Both the position numbers and the translations under genes were made by a program. A DNA stretch of 12,907 nt, from IMG/VR virus record IMGVR_UViG_3300021400_000055, positions 1 through 12,907 of that record; one strand, written 5' to 3'. Shown here piece after piece: positions 12,082 to 12,907 of this stretch. Position 1 is the stretch's first letter; every line of letters begins with the position of its first letter. The stretch is from a virus. Taxonomy: Duplodnaviria > Heunggongvirae > Uroviricota > Caudoviricetes. The notes under the pieces were generated by a model that was not told the origin of the DNA, did not search any database, and saw nothing but the letters and a program-made list of their open reading frames with translations.

Positions 12082-12907
12082 ATGGCTAATCCATTCTTAA
12101 CAGGTGCAAACCACGATGAAATTGAAACAGCTATTCTTTATGAGAAAGCATTATTCCACGACATAGGCAAGGCGGTAGCATTCACAGACGGCAGAAGACT
12201 ATTTGTAAATACACCAGATAATCTTGCAATGATACTACCAGACTACAATGATGGAATGCTTAAATGGATACTATGGCATGAAAGATACCATATGGAATTA
12301 AAACATCATAACAGATTTTTCAAATACTTAAAAGAGCTAGATGAAAAAGCCACTATCGATGAGTTCCAAGTAACCAAAGACGAAGTGAACATTATAATGG
12401 ACATACTAGTCCACGACAGTCTAGCTAAAATGTTTCCAGAGTTAGTAGAAACAGCACTAAATAATATGGCACAATTTAGAAACAGAAACTCTTTACAATA
12501 CACATTCAAAACAAACACACTAGAGGAAATGTTAGATGAGTATGCAAAACATAAAAAGGGCGAAGATAAACCAGACGGCGATGGTAAAAGTGAACAGCCT
12601 GCTGATGCTGAAGCAAAAGAAACAGAAGAAAAAGACGAAGATGACAGCAAATCAAAGACAACTAAAAAGAAAGTACACGGCGAGGGTGGCAAATCTATCC
12701 CAAAAGAAAAGAGAGAAGACAAACCAGAAGACGATGAGCCAGAAATGAAAGAAGACGAAGTCAGACCCGAAGCGGAAAGTGAACACGACAAAACAGACTG
12801 GGACAAATTAAAAGACATCGACAGCACAGAGTTTATCGAGGAAGAAGAAGCAGACCACATAGAAAATGAAATCAATAAACTTAAAAGAAAGAAAATCAGA
12901 ATAGGTA
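12082..12907 (+). CDS. DUF2201-N-like putative metallopeptidase-domain protein (probable vWA partner of the ATPase), 3'-truncated
   Basis: Read by hand (not in ORF track): MANPFLTGANHDE...AVAFTDGRRLFVN...ILWHERYHMELKHH...VNIIMDILVHDSL, then a long D/E/K-rich linker; open to the window edge. A(F/A)TDG, HExxH and NxxxD are typical of DUF2201-N. Confidence 0.8.
   Translation, partial: MANPFLTGANHDEIETAILYEKALFHDIGKAVAFTDGRRLFVNTPDNLAMILPDYNDGMLKWILWHERYHMELKHHNRFFKYLKELDEKATIDEFQVTKDEVNIIMDILVHDSLAKMFPELVETALNNMAQFRNRNSLQYTFKTNTLEEMLDEYAKHKKGEDKPDGDGKSEQPADAEAKETEEKDEDDSKSKTTKKKVHGEGGKSIPKEKREDKPEDDEPEMKEDEVRPEAESEHDKTDWDKLKDIDSTEFIEEEEADHIENEINKLKRKKIRIG

Noticed and set aside
12306-12875. 189-aa Ser-rich minus-strand ORF, and the 12536-12748 plus ORF
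   Set aside because: Antisense and off-frame shadows of the acidic linker of the real 12082->12907 gene, which has an RBS and conserved motifs.
1-12907. Alternative genetic code (DUF285 is common in Mollicutes), tRNA genes, integrase/att sites
   Set aside because: Long genes read through cleanly in code 11 and end in TGA, TAG and TAA; a muramidase implies a walled host; no cloverleaf or recombinase was seen.

Overview
This 12.9-kb window is a fragment of an AT-rich tailed dsDNA phage or prophage of a Bacillota (Firmicutes) host. It uses genetic code 11 and has strong AAGGAGG-type RBSs and sigmaA-type promoters. It has two divergent arms meeting at a non-coding junction of about 330 bp (8522-8849). 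The left arm (minus strand) is late/structural: SPP1-like portal, DUF4355-like scaffold, a small zinc-ribbon gene, an SH3-like protein, holin, GH25/Cpl-7 endolysin, a terminator, a membrane-anchored HExxH protein, a 200-bp structured intergenic region with its own promoter, a head-tail connector, two membrane proteins, a fibre-like protein and a DUF285/BspA repeat protein. No terminase or major capsid gene is in its usual position. The right arm (plus strand) is early: ten small genes joined by repeated stop/RBS/start junction sequences, ending in a possible SAM-lyase-fold protein, then a separately promoted MoxR-like AAA ATPase and DUF2201-like HExxH gene pair. Nine real genes are missing from or mis-started in the supplied ORF track beyond simple start shifts, and several listed ORFs are antisense shadows. 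The strongest leads are the cassette-like early array, a 14-bp motif shared in register by two late promoters, the structured 3065-3242 region, the SAM-lyase-like gene and the non-canonical head gene order. All family assignments come from motif recognition by eye, not database searches.
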